A DNA stretch of 64,000 nt from Podarcis bocagei (taxonomy: Eukaryota): the NCBI GenBank assembly GCA_964188305.1, contig OZ076901.1; one strand, written 5' to 3'. The notes beneath the pieces were generated by a model. It was not told the origin of the DNA. It did not search any database and saw only the letters and a list, made by a program, of their open reading frames with translations. Within the stretch, counting starts at the first letter, position 1. Each line of letters opens with the position of its first letter. Positions 26,130 to 39,329 of the stretch are shown one piece after another. The position numbers and the translations under genes are program-made.

Positions 26130-27975
26130 TTTATTATTTATACTGTGCCCGTCTGGCTGGGTTTCCTCAACCACTCTGGGTGGCTTACAACATACCTAAA
26201 AACATAATAAAACATCAATCCTTAAAAACTTCCCTAAACAGGGCTGCCTTCAGATGTCTTCTAAAAGTCAGATAATTGTTTGTTTTCTTGACATCTAAAG
26301 GGAGAGTGTTCCACAGCGATGGAGCCACTACCGAGAAGGCCCTTGAACTGGCTCCCTGTAACTTCACTTCTCAGAGTAAGGGAATCAGCCGAAAACCCTC
26401 AGAGGAGGACCTCAGTGTCCAGGCTGAGTGATGGAGGTGGAGACGCTCCTTCAGGTATAGTGGGCCAAGGCCATTTAGGGATTTAAAGGTCAGCACCAAC
26501 ACTTTGTATTGCACTGGGAGCCAGTGAAGATCCTTTAGGACTGGTGTTATATGGCCCCGGTGGCCACTCACAGTCACCAGTTTAGCTGCCGCATTCTGGA
26601 TTAGTTGTAGTTTCTGAGTCACCTTCAAAGGTAGCCCCACGTAGAGTTCATTACAGTAGTCCAAGCGGGAGATAACCAGGATATGCACCACTCTGGTGAG
26701 ACAGTCTGTGGGCAGGTAGGGTCTCAGCCTGCGTACCAGATGGAGCTGGTAAACAGCTGCCCTGGACACAGAATTGACCTGCACACTTCCATGGACAGCT
26801 GTGAATCCAAAATGACTCCCAGGCTGCACACCTGATCTTTCAGGAGCATGGTTACCCTGTTCAGGATCAGGAAGTCCCCCACCCCCACCCACCCCCTGTC
26901 CCCCCAAAACAGTACATCTGTCTTGTCAGGATTCAACCTCAATTTGTTAGCCACCATCCATCCACCAACTGTCTCCAGACACTCACACAGGACCTTCACT
27001 GCCTTCACTGGTTCTGATTTGAAGGAGAGGTAGAGCTGGGTATCATCTGCATACTGATGAACACCCAGCCTAACCATTCTGATGATCACTCCCAGGGGCT
27101 TCATGTAGATGTTAAAAAGTATGGGACATAACTCTGAGGCACTCCACAAGTTAGAGCCCAGGGGTCCAAACACTCACCTCCCAAACCACTTTCTGGACAT
27201 GGCCCAGGAGAAAGGAGCAGAACCAGTGCCTAACAGTGCCCCAGCTCCTCTAGATAATCCAGTAGGATGTCATGGTTGATGGTATCAAAGGCCATTGAGA
27301 GATCCAGCAGAACTAGGAAACAGCTTTCACCTTTGTCCCTACCGCGCCAGAGATCATCAACCAGCACGACCAAAGTTGTTTCAGTCCCACGATTGAGGCC
27401 TAAATCCTGATCCAAATGGTCCGCATTCTCCAGGCATCCCTGGAGTTGTTCCGCAACCACCCGCTCAATCATTTTGACCAACAATGGAAGATTTGAGACT
27501 GGGCAATAGTTAGCCATATTGACCCGGTCCAAAGATGGTTTTTTAAGAAGCGGTTTAATAACCACCTCTTTTAGTAGGTCTGGGAAGGCTCCCTCACAGA
27601 GGGAAGCATTCACCACCCTGCGGAGCCCATTGCCCAACCCTTCCCGGCTTACTTTTATAAGCCAGGATGAGCAAGGAGACAGGTGATCGGTTTCACTCGT
27701 CCAAGCAGCCTGTCCACATCTTCAGAGGTAACAGATTGGAATTGATCCCATGCAACATGACCAGACAGGACCCTTGCACTTTTCTGCCCTGGCCCTGTTC
27801 CCACAGTCTATCTCTTTCCAAACCTGAGTGACTTTATCTGCAAAGAATTTTGCAAAATCATTGCAGGAGATCTTGGGGTCCCTACCAGGCCCCTGTGACG
27901 AAGGTGACTCTGTTAGATTGTGAACCACTGAAAGAGTCTCCTGATGCTGTTCTCTGCAGATGCAATAGAAGTGAC
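26084..27975 (-). mobile_element. 5'-truncated L2 LINE (frameshifted RT, 3'UTR, (ATT)n tail)
   Basis: ORFs: KPLLKKPSLD..NY.PVSNLP, LVLLDLS.AFDTINH, HQYADDTQLY, LRLNPDKT, SRLDYCN, HITPVLKDLHWLPV. Confidence 0.93.
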
Positions 27976-29384
27976 GAAGGAAGTCCTCTTCCTCTACATC
28001 TACACTTGTACTCATAATCACTTTGTTTGCCAGGAGTAATAAACCATTCTATATTCTTTCAATCAACAACCTTATCAGACTATTTATTTCTTCCCTAAGC
28101 TGCAATATATACACCAAACCAATATAAGGCAGCCTCCTACATTCCTAGTTCATACTCCTGAGATAACCTCTGAATTTTGATTGCATAAGAAAGTGTTTGG
28201 CTGAAATGTTCCTTCGAGGTTTAACAGGGCTTATTTCCAAATAAATGTGTTTAGGCTAGTGGGGCAGGGCCCCTCTCAGCTGACTTTCCTGATTGACTGA
28301 ATTTCAGTGCAAGAAGAGAAGTTAGTGTCGGAATATTGTATAGAATTAAATAAAACATTTGTAAAGCTCAAACTGGGATTTTAAAACCATGGATTTACAA
28401 AGCCTTCCGGGATACAGCCATCCGTACAGTTAAGCCTCACAATTTATTTAGGCCTTTCTTGTGGGCCCAAGTGAGTTTTTAAACATTATCTGATCAACAT
28501 AAGAGCATTAACCTCTTTTTCATTACCCATAAAATATGAATGAAAAGATTAAGCTGGTGCCATCCAGGGTTCCTTCAAAGGAATCAATAACCGTAGTCTT
28601 AGTAAACTTGTCTGGTTATTTTTTGTTTTTTGTTTTAAAGATGGAGCTTTCGTTAAAAAGGAGGGAGGGAGAACAGTTAACTGCTTGCAGAGAAATGGAC
28701 ACTCTTCCTTCAGTCTGCAGAACTTCAGGAAAGGCTACTCACAGTGGTCTGAGAATCTGAAGGACCTTCTGCCTGTGTGTGAAGAACTTCAACCAAATCT
28801 CTGCTCAGGTTTACCCCACTTCCTGAGGTACTAGGGTTGAATCCAAGATCCTCTACCAAATCAGCCTGATTTGGGGTGATCTGCGATTCAACCAGGATAG
28901 GTTGTTGCAGCCCTGGATCACCTCAGGTAAGATCGGGTCCAGAGCTATAAAGAGGGCAGTTGAGTGATGAGAAGAGGGACAGAGAAGGAGATGCACATAG
29001 TTTTATTCTGGGCTTTCTTTTATGATTCTGTCTTAAATGAGGTAGCCTTTTCTGAATTGCTACCTGTTCCAAATGCAGGGCTGGCTAGACAGGCACAGCA
29101 GTGTGGACTCAGTGCATAATTGATTTGGTAGTGCTGGAAGGAGATGTTTGGTTTGGCAGTCACTAGGACATGTTTTGGGATAACTTGTATACAGGGGAAA
29201 GGCTCCACTTGAACTTGGATGGAACCAGATAAAAGGTGAGGCGTGCTCAGGTATTAAAAATCATCCTCTAGGGATGAAGGGGAATTTTTAAATTATCATT
29301 TAAATGTCTGGAGGGGTGAGTTTGGTGGTGGTAGGAACCTGGGCAGGCTGTGGAAGGTTGTAGGGAGCACAGAATTCTGGCATA

Positions 29385-29560
29385 AGGAATCTTATACTGA
29401 TACATACAATTGGTCAGCCTAGCTCAGTATGCTCTGCACTGACTGGCAGCAACTGTCAGTGGTTTCAGAAAGGGGTCTCTGCCAGCCCTACCTGTTGATG
29501 CCACAGAGTGAACCTGGGGCCTTCTGCATGCAGAACAGATGCTCTACCATTGAGTTGCAA
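29385..29560 (-). mobile_element. tRNA-derived SINE (Squam2-like)
   Basis: GAACCTGGGGCCTTCTGCATGCAGAACAGATGCTCTACCATTGAG; CTAGCTCAGTAT body. Confidence 0.7.
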
Positions 29561-29742
29561 TGCTTAATGAGCTGCATGCAGCCTGGAGGCCACAGGTTGC
29601 CCACCAATGAATTCAGTGTTAAAATGCCTTCTGTACATGTTGTGACAGATGTTATAATAATGTGCTGCTAAATGATTAATATGTAAACTGTTTGAATTTT
29701 TAGAGTATGTATACATTTTACCCTTAAGGCTCTGGAGATCTA

Positions 29743-29745
<3 letters not shown>

Positions 29746-29795
<50 letters not shown>
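29746..29795. repeat. (CT)n microsatellite
   Basis: Directly visible. Confidence 0.98.
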
Positions 29796-29798
<3 letters not shown>

Positions 29799-31782
29799 TG
29801 GAATAAGACAGAATAAGTCCTCTGAAAGTCACTAGAACTATGCAGATTTATGCCAGTTAAGGATCGGACTTAAAAGCTTCCAAGTCTTAATTAACTTTGT
29901 GCGCCATTCTTAACACATAATACTCTCGGATGAATTAATGTTTAAGCTGTTATCACCTGTGAGCTGGAGAGCATGCATTTGAATAGAAAATGATTCTCAC
30001 TCCATTCTTGTGCAGTTTTAGCTTCCATAAAATAGTTGATTTCTCCTCACTAATGTCAGTTAAAAGCAACAGAAAAAATCTAATACTCTCGTGGCACATG
30101 CTGCAGGATTTGCAGGTCTCACATGAGCAGAACCTAGGCACTCTCTCCTCCCAACAATGACATTAGCAATCTAACACTCTTCTGACATAGAAGGCAGAGT
30201 GCAGGTGAGTTCTGCCTAAAATGTACTGGAATTCCCCACTTTTATGTTGGTCTTGCAAGCAGCCATGCTCCTGCTGCCATGGGCATGCCGCGGCAAAGTG
30301 GCGGTGGGTCCATTAGGGCATATAGATGCCCCACTGACTTCAGCAGACCCACATCTGCCTTCCTTCTTACATACAGCCAGTTCAGTGGGTGGCATTGTGT
30401 GTTGTATCCAAGTAGCTTCTACTTGTATTTAAATTGAAATTAATGGACCTAGGTTTCCCATGGTTATTGATAGGAATGGGTCTACTCTGAGTATGACTAG
30501 CATTGGGTAATACCCAATGCATCATCTTCCTCTTTGTTAATCTCAGGCTGTATTCATGCTGCAGTTTCGTTTTTCGTTTTTTCATTTTCCTGACATTTCC
30601 CTAACTTTTATTCTGTGCATTATATTTGAACTTTCACACAATGTAAAAACCAGTTCCAGAAAACTAAAGGAATGCAATAGAATACAGCACAAGTTTAGTG
30701 CTCACTTCTGTGTCATTTGATTCGGGGGGGGGGGGGGAATCTTGTTTTCAGGCTCCTCAGCCCAGAAAATCATGGAAGTTTTGCACAGCAATTTCTCCAC
30801 CTTTTTTTATGTGTTGCATTGTGAGATCTCATCCTGACATGCAGTGCATTCCCTGCCCATTTCAAGCCTTGCACCTTTTTTGGCAGATGAGAAATGTGCT
30901 AGTATTTCAGAAAAGAAAGTAATGCTGAAAAGGTAAAGCCTGGAAGAATGGCAGGATGTCCAGGGAGGGGGACAGGATGGAGAGATGTATCATGAACCAT
31001 GAGAAAAAAGCAATGGCCATGTGCATTCAGGGTGGGTCATGGAACTAACATGTCTGTTTGCATAACAGTTGACATCTGTTGCTTGTTGTTGGTGTGTGAA
31101 TGACATTTACTGCAACATGGCAGTATGGCAGCCAATAGGTGATGGAACAGGCATATGCAGAGTGAAAGGAACGTTTGGAAATGTGACAGAAGTTTTAGCC
31201 TTGTAAACAGTTAAACTATCACAATAAACCCCACAAGGGAATGCAGCCTCAGTGTTGCCTTGAAGAATTGGGCAAGCAGGACAGTAGAATTTGTTGGCTC
31301 TGATTGTCATTGACTGTGGTGCCACCTACTGTCAGCCTCCCTGCCTTCCATCCTATTGGCCTCAGTGGGCACCAACCACTGCTGCTGCAATGCTTCTGGC
31401 AATTCCTGGTTAAGCCCAGCCCTCATAGCTGAAATTAACTTAAGACCCATTCAGCCATGTGAGACTGTAAATGGGTGACCTCAGATTGCAAGGTGGGAAA
31501 GTAGGTCAACTAGAACATGCTCACCCCAATAATCCCCCTGGGGAAAGTAAAGTTGACAATTGTCACTTGCCTATTTGGTAACTTCAACAGGGTGTCCCTC
31601 TGACCTGCTTTACAGAGGACAGTCCCCTATTGGAACAGCTGTCAGAGGACAGTTGCCTGTTCCAGGCTTGGGGGATGAAATTGTTGGTTTGGGGAAATAA
31701 AAATGGTGGGCCAGATTCTGGTGCACTAGCAGAACGCATCCGACAAGAATAAATGCTTGTTCTGATAGAATGATTGAGTTAA

Positions 31783-32043
31783 GAGAGCCAGTGTGGTGTA
31801 GTGGTTAAAAGCGGTAGTCACATAATCTGGGGAACCGGGTTCGCTTCCCCGCTCCTCCACATGCAGCTGCTGGGTGACCTTGGGCCAAGTCACACTTCTT
31901 TGAAGTCTCTCAGCCCCACTCACCTCACAGAGTGTTTGTTGTGGGGGAGGAAGGGAAAGGAGATTGTTAGCCGCTTTGAGACTCCTGAAGGGGAGTGAAA
32001 GGCGGGATATCAAATCCAAACTCTTCTTCTTCTTCTTCTTCTT
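31783..32043 (+). mobile_element. tRNA-derived SINE (Squam3, form with (CTT)n tail)
   Basis: GAGAGCCAGTGTGGTGTAGTGGTT..GGTTCGCTTCCCC..CACCTCACAGAGTGTTTGTTGTG..(CTT)n; near-identical inverted copy at 35179-35419. Confidence 0.85.
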
Positions 32044-33095
32044 AAACAGTAGTGCCTCCACTTGCTGGAGTTAATTCAGAATTTTCCTGTTTAATTCTCA
32101 TGCGGGTGCCAAACCTACATCTGATTGCCAATCTGCTTGAAAGGCCCTTAGTGTAATCCTTGCCTCATTGCCTCTCCTCCTCCTCCTCCTCTTTATTATT
32201 TTATTTATAAGGTGCCTAATATTATTAGATGTGTGCAGAGAATGAATAAATACATAAATGGGCCCCGCCTGAAGACTTCCAATCTAAACTTTCCCATGAA
32301 AGTCCATTCAGGAGTTTTCATTTCTGACCTGCTCCCCCACCAAACTGCTCATCAACATCATTAGGGTTGCATGTCTCTAATACACATTATTCTCCAACCC
32401 TCGCTCCAAGCTAATGCAGCTTGACAGCAAATGACTTTCAGAATGAAACTGCAACCTCTCTGGAAGTCAAACACAACAGCAACCTGGGGGCATTTACATT
32501 TTCTTGTCCACCCCTATGATTTCGCATGTAGAGAAGTTATCCTTTTGAGTGGGGCAATTGGTCTTTAAATCCTCAAATCAGCTGGCAAAAAGCTGCTCCT
32601 TGGTTGCTTTGTACCATTTTGTGGACATCTACTTTAGGGCAGGAGGAAACAACATTTTATTCTAGAATCTGAGTACTTTATTTTTTTCTACATAGTCCAC
32701 ACACAATTTATCTCCTAAGTCAGACAAAATAAACAGTGATCATAGGTAGGATCACCTGATTTAATCCCAATTTTCCCTTCAAGGGAGACCCCTGGAACTG
32801 ATGGTGGATGATGGTGGAGAGGAGAGAGAGTATTGCGGGGGAGGGGGGTGGATTTGGTTTCATGCATCCCATAGCTATTTACCCCTAAGAAAATGTGGCC
32901 TTAGTCCCCAAAAAGATTTCTTACCCCTGCTATACACATTTAACTGGAAGCATATCCATGGAAATGGGAGCAAAAATTGCCACTATTTGCATGTTCTTCC
33001 ATGGTCAAGAACAGAAACAAGTGGGTGCGAGTGGTATTCACTGGTGAGGGGTTTTTTTTAGTTCACACACACACACACATATAAATTTCTGCACT

Positions 33096-33212
33096 CAGGT
33101 AGGTAGCCGTGTTGGTCTGACGCAGTAGAAATAAATTTAGAAATTGCACACAAAAGCTTATACCCAGAACAAACTTAGTTGGTCTCTAAGGTGCTACTGG
33201 ACATTTTTTCCC
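33096..33212. mobile_element. Penelope-like element terminal remnant with a decayed hammerhead half
   Basis: GTAGCCGTGTTGGTCTG and GCACACAAAAGCTTATACCCAGAACAAACTTAGTTGGTCTCTAAGGTGCTACTGG resemble reptile PLE termini; CTGCACT direct repeat on both flanks. Confidence 0.65.
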
Positions 33213-33393
33213 CTGCACTGTTGTTGATGTTTCTCTTCTGTTGAAATGTATTGAAGTTAATTATATTGAAATTAATTATGCTTGTTTCTGCAAAAGTGGG
33301 TAGCAAGACAAATAATGTAGGTTTTAGCAGAAATCAAACTTTAGCAGAATGGCTATTTGTGACAAACACAGAACTGGATAGGAATTGCTGCAT

Positions 33394-33395
<2 letters not shown>

Positions 33396-33438
<43 letters not shown>
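33396..33438. repeat. (AT)n microsatellite
   Basis: Directly visible. Confidence 0.98.
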
Positions 33439-33441
<3 letters not shown>

Positions 33442-34214
33442 CTTACTTCTGAGTAGACATGTGTAGCATTGCACTTTACTCTGTTTTGGAGGCTTTTTGT
33501 GGGTTTTGGTACAAATACTTCATTGAAAACTATATTGCGGATGCAGTTCCCTTCACTACAAACATTGAACTTCCTTGGATTCCAGAGCAAAAAGTTTTAA
33601 GCCACTATTACTTGCTGAACAAACATCTCAAATAGTAAATTATTCTGGTTGTTCCACCACCATAAATGCAAATATAAAAGAGGAACAATCTTTTATGACT
33701 CCTTCTTATAAACTTTAATTGTTTATAGTCTTCAAAGGCAGTTACATAAAAAAATTCAATCAATTTTCAATAGGGGTAAAAAAGTCTCCAGGAGAGAATT
33801 TATAACCATTTCTTGAACATTACATTGGCATGAAAGACTATATTTTAAAGGAAATGTTGTAGAAAGTATTTCTCCCTGTGTAACATTACATTCATTTTTC
33901 CTCTGCATCTCGAGTTTACAGCAATACTAATCCCGAGCCCAAATTGTGCCTACTGTTTAAGCGGAGTGTGCAACATTTTCCTAATTGCTTCTACTGATAT
34001 TTCTGTTTGGCTGACAAATGTCACCACACGTATGGGACATTTGCCAACACACCTTGAAAGAAGACTCCACAGAAAAGCTTGGGAGATTTTGTAAAATATA
34101 TATTCATTAAAATATAACAAGTTTGGGGATCTGCAAATCAATAACCCAATTAGCCAAATCAAAATATACTCCAGTCAGGGAGTATATGGTTTGTTTAGGA
34201 TGTTAGGGGAGGAG

Positions 34215-34831
34215 GAGAACATCTGGTGGAGGACACATTGTGCTCCTTCTGAGGTAGTTTGTCCCATCCTGTACTGAGCTCTCACCTGTGGTTCCTAGAT
34301 GTGTTTGCACTTTCAGGACCACACCCCAGGAAACGGCTTTGACTGGCTGACTAAACCAGGTGAGGGTAGCTGATGGGTCTGAAACCTTTGGTGAGTTAGG
34401 GACTTCTCCTATGTGAAGATTGAACAGACGAGATCAATAGTGATCCAACGGTCAAGAAGGTTGTTTCTGGACATGTTGTAGAGGGAAGTGAGGGGCAGAT
34501 GGGGCTCGTCAACCTGGGAAGGAAAACTCTGATCCTAAACCTCTGCTGCCTTGTGGGAGTGGAGTCCCCAAGATGGTTGGATGGCACCTTGTACACCTCC
34601 TTCTGGCAACTCTTGCAGTCAAGCTGGTACCAAATGTATTGCTCTCCTTTCCTTTCCTGCTGGGGGAAAGGGTGTCTTGGTTGGCATCTTGGCAGCTCAG
34701 GAACTCCATACACACTGCCCCGGCTTGCACTCTGGGGAGGTGACTTTGGTTCTGCAATCACAGAGGTTTCACTTCACCCCTGGAGGCATGTGTCATTGTC
34801 TCTTGAGACAGATAGATGACAACAACCAACC
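34215..34831 (+). mobile_element. Probable RTE-clade 5'UTR-derived non-autonomous element
   Basis: GAAGGAAAACTCTGATCCTAAACCTC..CTGCCTTGTGGGA and AAACCAGGTGAGGGTAGC..ATGGGTCT resemble RTE 5' regions; ends in ACAACAACCAACC. Confidence 0.4.
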
Positions 34832-35178
34832 TGGCACACATGCTCTCTAATTGGAAATGAAATGAAGCAGGGCCTGTTTCCAAATAAAACATGCATGTGC
34901 TGGCTTATTACTTGCCATTCCTCTTGAACTAGCTTGCTAGTGTGCAGAGTGCCAGATGGTTGCTACCCAACATCTGTCAACAGATGTTGACAGGATGCTC
35001 TGACCTGTGATTTAGCAGCCATTTCTGGGCTGGGATGATTTCCTAGGATGCCTGTCTTAGTCCAGAAATTCAGTTGCACAGTCACAGTTGGAACATCTGA
35101 GACTTGAAGGAAGCTTCTCATCCCTTTGCATAAGGATTCTTGCTGCACATGCTCAGTACAAACTTCTGTGAGAAAGTT

Positions 35179-35419
35179 AAGAAGAAGAGTTTGGATTTGA
35201 TATCCCGCTTTATCACTACCCAAAGGAGTCTCGAAGCGGCTAACATTCTCCTTTCCCTTCCTCCCCCACAACAAACACTCTGTGAGGTGAGTGGGGCTGA
35301 GAGACTTCAGAGAGAAGTGTGACTAGCCCAAGGTCACCCAGCAGCTGCATGTGGAAGAGCGGGGAATCGAACCCGGTTCACCAGATTATGAGTCTACCGC
35401 TCTTAACCACTACACCACA
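35179..35419 (-). mobile_element. Squam3 SINE
   Basis: Reverse complement of 31783-32043. Confidence 0.85.
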
Positions 35420-38400
35420 GGAGGGGTGTTCACTTGTAGGATAGCTTGAGTTGCATAGACTGCATGTGTCTATTCCACTGAAGAGAACAATCTGGGACTA
35501 AGACCAATCACTCTGCCACTAACAGCCATCTAGCTCCAAGGTGAAGCTAGAAATAACCGTAGGACAGCATACCATATCAATATTACCTTAAAAACCCATC
35601 TGTTAAGGGTGTGGCCCTTAACAGATGTAACTTTTTGTCATTTTGGAGCTTATCAGCTGGTGTTTTCATTGCAAGGGCTTGCTCTCACATAGCCCTACAA
35701 CCAGAGCCACAGTGTAATCCAGTTTTGCATATTGTGCACTCAGTCAGGAGTGCCGAATAAAAGCTAAAGTGCAAGAGGGTAGGAAATTTTTGCTTTCCCG
35801 TGCCTCGTCTGCCTGTGCATAATAGCACAAATGACATTAGATAATTTAGAGAATATTTTCATCTGCATTGCTGCACTGTATGCTTATGTCCTTCGCCATC
35901 TGCTGCCTGTTGCGACACTGGGCAGGAGCATTTTGATTGGTTTCCTCATTGTCCTGTAGAGCCTTCAATCGTCTCCCACACCGAAAAATAACATTACAAT
36001 CAAATGCAATGTACTGCGGTGATGTTCTGCTATTTCCAGATTGTGCTGTGCTGCTTCGGCTTTGCTGAATAGATTCTGTAAATAAGATTTTCAAATCCCA
36101 CATATGGTTTAATGATAGAGCAAATATATGATTGAGTACTGTAGGTTATGGGATGCCTTGAAACTTGCTTCAGCTGCAGAAGTCGTCTCTGCAAGGCCCT
36201 AATCTTTGAGATTTCCGTGTCAAATGGAGAGGGTAGTGGAACAACACTATTTTTGAAGGCATTAACTTAAGCATATGTGTGTATGTGTGTGTGTTTGTGG
36301 TCTTGCCTTGTTGCTTATAGAAGTTGAAACAATTCAAGTGACAGCCTGTCTTTTTTCCAAAAACCAAATCCCACAATACGGCATTTTTCTGAAAGTAGTA
36401 CTCCCTTGTAAAATTGTGTTTTTGCAATCTCACAGTGGGGTTCCACATCTCTGCTCTGTCAATATTTCATACTGCAAATATGATCAGTTTGCACAAACTA
36501 AAGAATGGGAGGGGGGTAAGCCACCCTGATGCCCTCTAGGGCATTGCTGTCTTGTTGAAAACCTGTATAAACAGAGAGCTTGTTCAGATAAATCTAATTT
36601 GGGGAACTGAAAGTGTTGTTTCAGCACTTTCAACAGCCTATTCCAGACAGTGATGTCCCCAACATTTTGTAATTATCTTGTTCAAGACACAAATTTGTCC
36701 ATCTTGTAATATTTGGCTGTATTGTGAATCAAGTGACTTGCCACCTGCACCCCCAATTCACTTTCTCTCACTCACCTGGAATGTAAAAATGAGATTTTGC
36801 ATTTGCTGGATCTTGTTTTCAGCAGACCAGACCCTCAAAGCTGGCTTTTTTTCTAGATGCACACACACAAGTTAAAAACTCATTACATGAAAAACCACAT
36901 TCTTTGCTATGAAATGGTGACAATTACAAAGCCAACTGCCTTGTAAGGTTATGTGACAATTAGTTTAATATTGATCTCTTAAATTTGTTTAAAATCACTT
37001 TGATTGCTATGAATCATGTCATTTTATGGGAATAGCCTATATCACCTGTTATTGCTGGCAATAATCAAGTTGCAGAAAGAGGCACAGAGGAAAGGGCCAG
37101 TGAAGAAGAAGAAAGTTGCTCTGTAATGAATATGCATGTGATTTTTGCCCATGTGATATACTTTAAAACTCAAGACTGTCACAGAACATAAAGTACAAGG
37201 CAACCACCCTTTTCAGGTGTCATTATGAATGCATAAAAGGGCCTGCCCATGATATGGCTATAGGTCACACCCATGGCCAATGCAAACTTGGCATCAGAAG
37301 GGCTCCTTCCATAGGGATGTGAACCTTGATCTACCCTTTGCATCCCTTTGGAGAAAGTCTCGCATATGTACATCTGTAAGTGGGTAGGCTTCCTTTACAC
37401 TTCTGCCAATCATGTGGCAGCCAGGGGAGTGGCCAGCTTACAGGTCAGCACCTAGGATGTGGGGCTAGCTGGACGTATTCACACAACCATAGGAACCTGC
37501 CTTTTACTGAGCCAGACCACCCTGGTTGACCTTCTCGGTAGATTGGTGTCTTGTGGAGGTCATCATACTTGGCATGTCCCTGAAAAGTTTCAGTCCTCTA
37601 GCAGTTGGTATTCAAAGATGTACTGCTCTGACAACTTAAATATATCATAATGTTTTCAAAAAGCAGTAGTTTCCCAACCTTTTATCAGGTATATCAGAAT
37701 AGAGTTAGTGGCACCATCACGCAGCTGCTGGGGTCTAGGTATCTCAGGTGAGACCATCACTATGAACATTCCTTCCTCCCACCCACTTCTTCCCCTGGCT
37801 TATAGCAGCAGTTGATGGGTCTGAGGCACTGCCCACCATTTTGAATTTCCCACAATGTTCTGGGGCAATCCTACACTGCGGCAGTGTGGGCAGGGCCCTG
37901 CTGAAGGTATCTTGCTGCCTGGGGTGAGGAACAAGATGCATCCCCTTTATTCAATGTACAGAAGCCAACTCGATTGGCCACTTAAATTCATTCAACGTGA
38001 CTGGAGAATGTTCTCTGCTATACCTAAGACAGAGGGCTAGTTTAGTAGGGGCAGGACAGGTGGTACAGCATAAAAAGTCTTCCTTCCAACGGAGGGCAAT
38101 GAGCAACAGAGACTGCCAGGGGGCTCTCCTTGTTGCCTCACCACCACCAACTGCTGCCTGAGGTCACCACTTCACTTTGCCCAATGGCAGAGTCAGCCGT
38201 GGATGTGGAAAACTTAAAATGGCTTGCAGTGCTGCTGCTGCTACTCATTGCCTGCCATTGCCAGTAAACCCGTCATTCATCCACAGATGCACTATATCAG
38301 GCCATGAGGGTGTACTTTTTGGGTTCTCCCCTCACACTGGGAGCAGTTTCTGCCCTCCTCTTTCCCCAAATAAGGAGAAAAGATAGCTGGAAGGGAAGAT

Positions 38401-39329
38401 AAAGGATCTTGACCTTTGAAAAAGCTACAATCCTGAGCTACAATGTTCTAGACCCATATACAACAGAAACATATTCTTATTAAAAGAGAAATAGTTTCAA
38501 ATATTTTAGGGGTGAGGGAGAATTCACCTTCTCTCTCTCACTCTCTCTGCTTTTGCAACTCTAAAAATAAAATAACTTCAGATGATGTGAAAATTGTTAC
38601 AGCACTGTTGCAATGCTGACATTTTCAGGGAGAAAAGTCTTTGTTAATTCCCTTTCTATTTTTTTGGAGTGGCATAGTCTTTTAAAGTTCTTTCAGTTTT
38701 TCTTTTGACAGCAGATTGAATCCGTTAATAGGAAGATTTAGGATTTTTCAATCTCCCGTCTTGATTTTTTCATTCTTATGCCTTTTTTGCATGATTACCT
38801 AACATACTTTGTGGGAGCTAATTTAATCAACCTCTGCCCACATCTCCAGTATTTATCATAAGGCTGCTTTACTCCAAAAGGACTTAAAAGAGACATAAGA
38901 TCATGACATTACATTGATCAAGAATATAATTTATTTAAGCCCAAATACTTACAAACTGATTTAAATACTAATGAGGCTGAAAGTTATAGAGTGGCAGAAT
39001 GAGAGCAAGACTCCCATATAAAGCAGTGCAATTGCTTTTATCACAAGCCATTTTTGCAAAGGTTGTAAAAGCACTCTGAGTAAAGGGCAAGGCCATCATA
39101 TGAACACTTTGCAGGATGGCAGCCTTATCCTAAGATGGTGATGGTGGAGAAACCAAAGGTGGGTGGACTGCCCTTGGTGTGTCAGGTGGCTGACACAGCT
39201 TTGGAGCTTTCTATATTGACTTATCATGGAAGATTATTATGATTTTGCATCAGTGCTCCTTACATGATCAGCATTCCTTTAAATGAACCCAGGCCCACAG
39301 AAAAATAGAGTATTTCTATCCTGTTATCC

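Noticed and set aside
30116-30204. Possible exon ending at CAG/GTGAGT
   Set aside because: Weak acceptor, stops in all frames, no other support.
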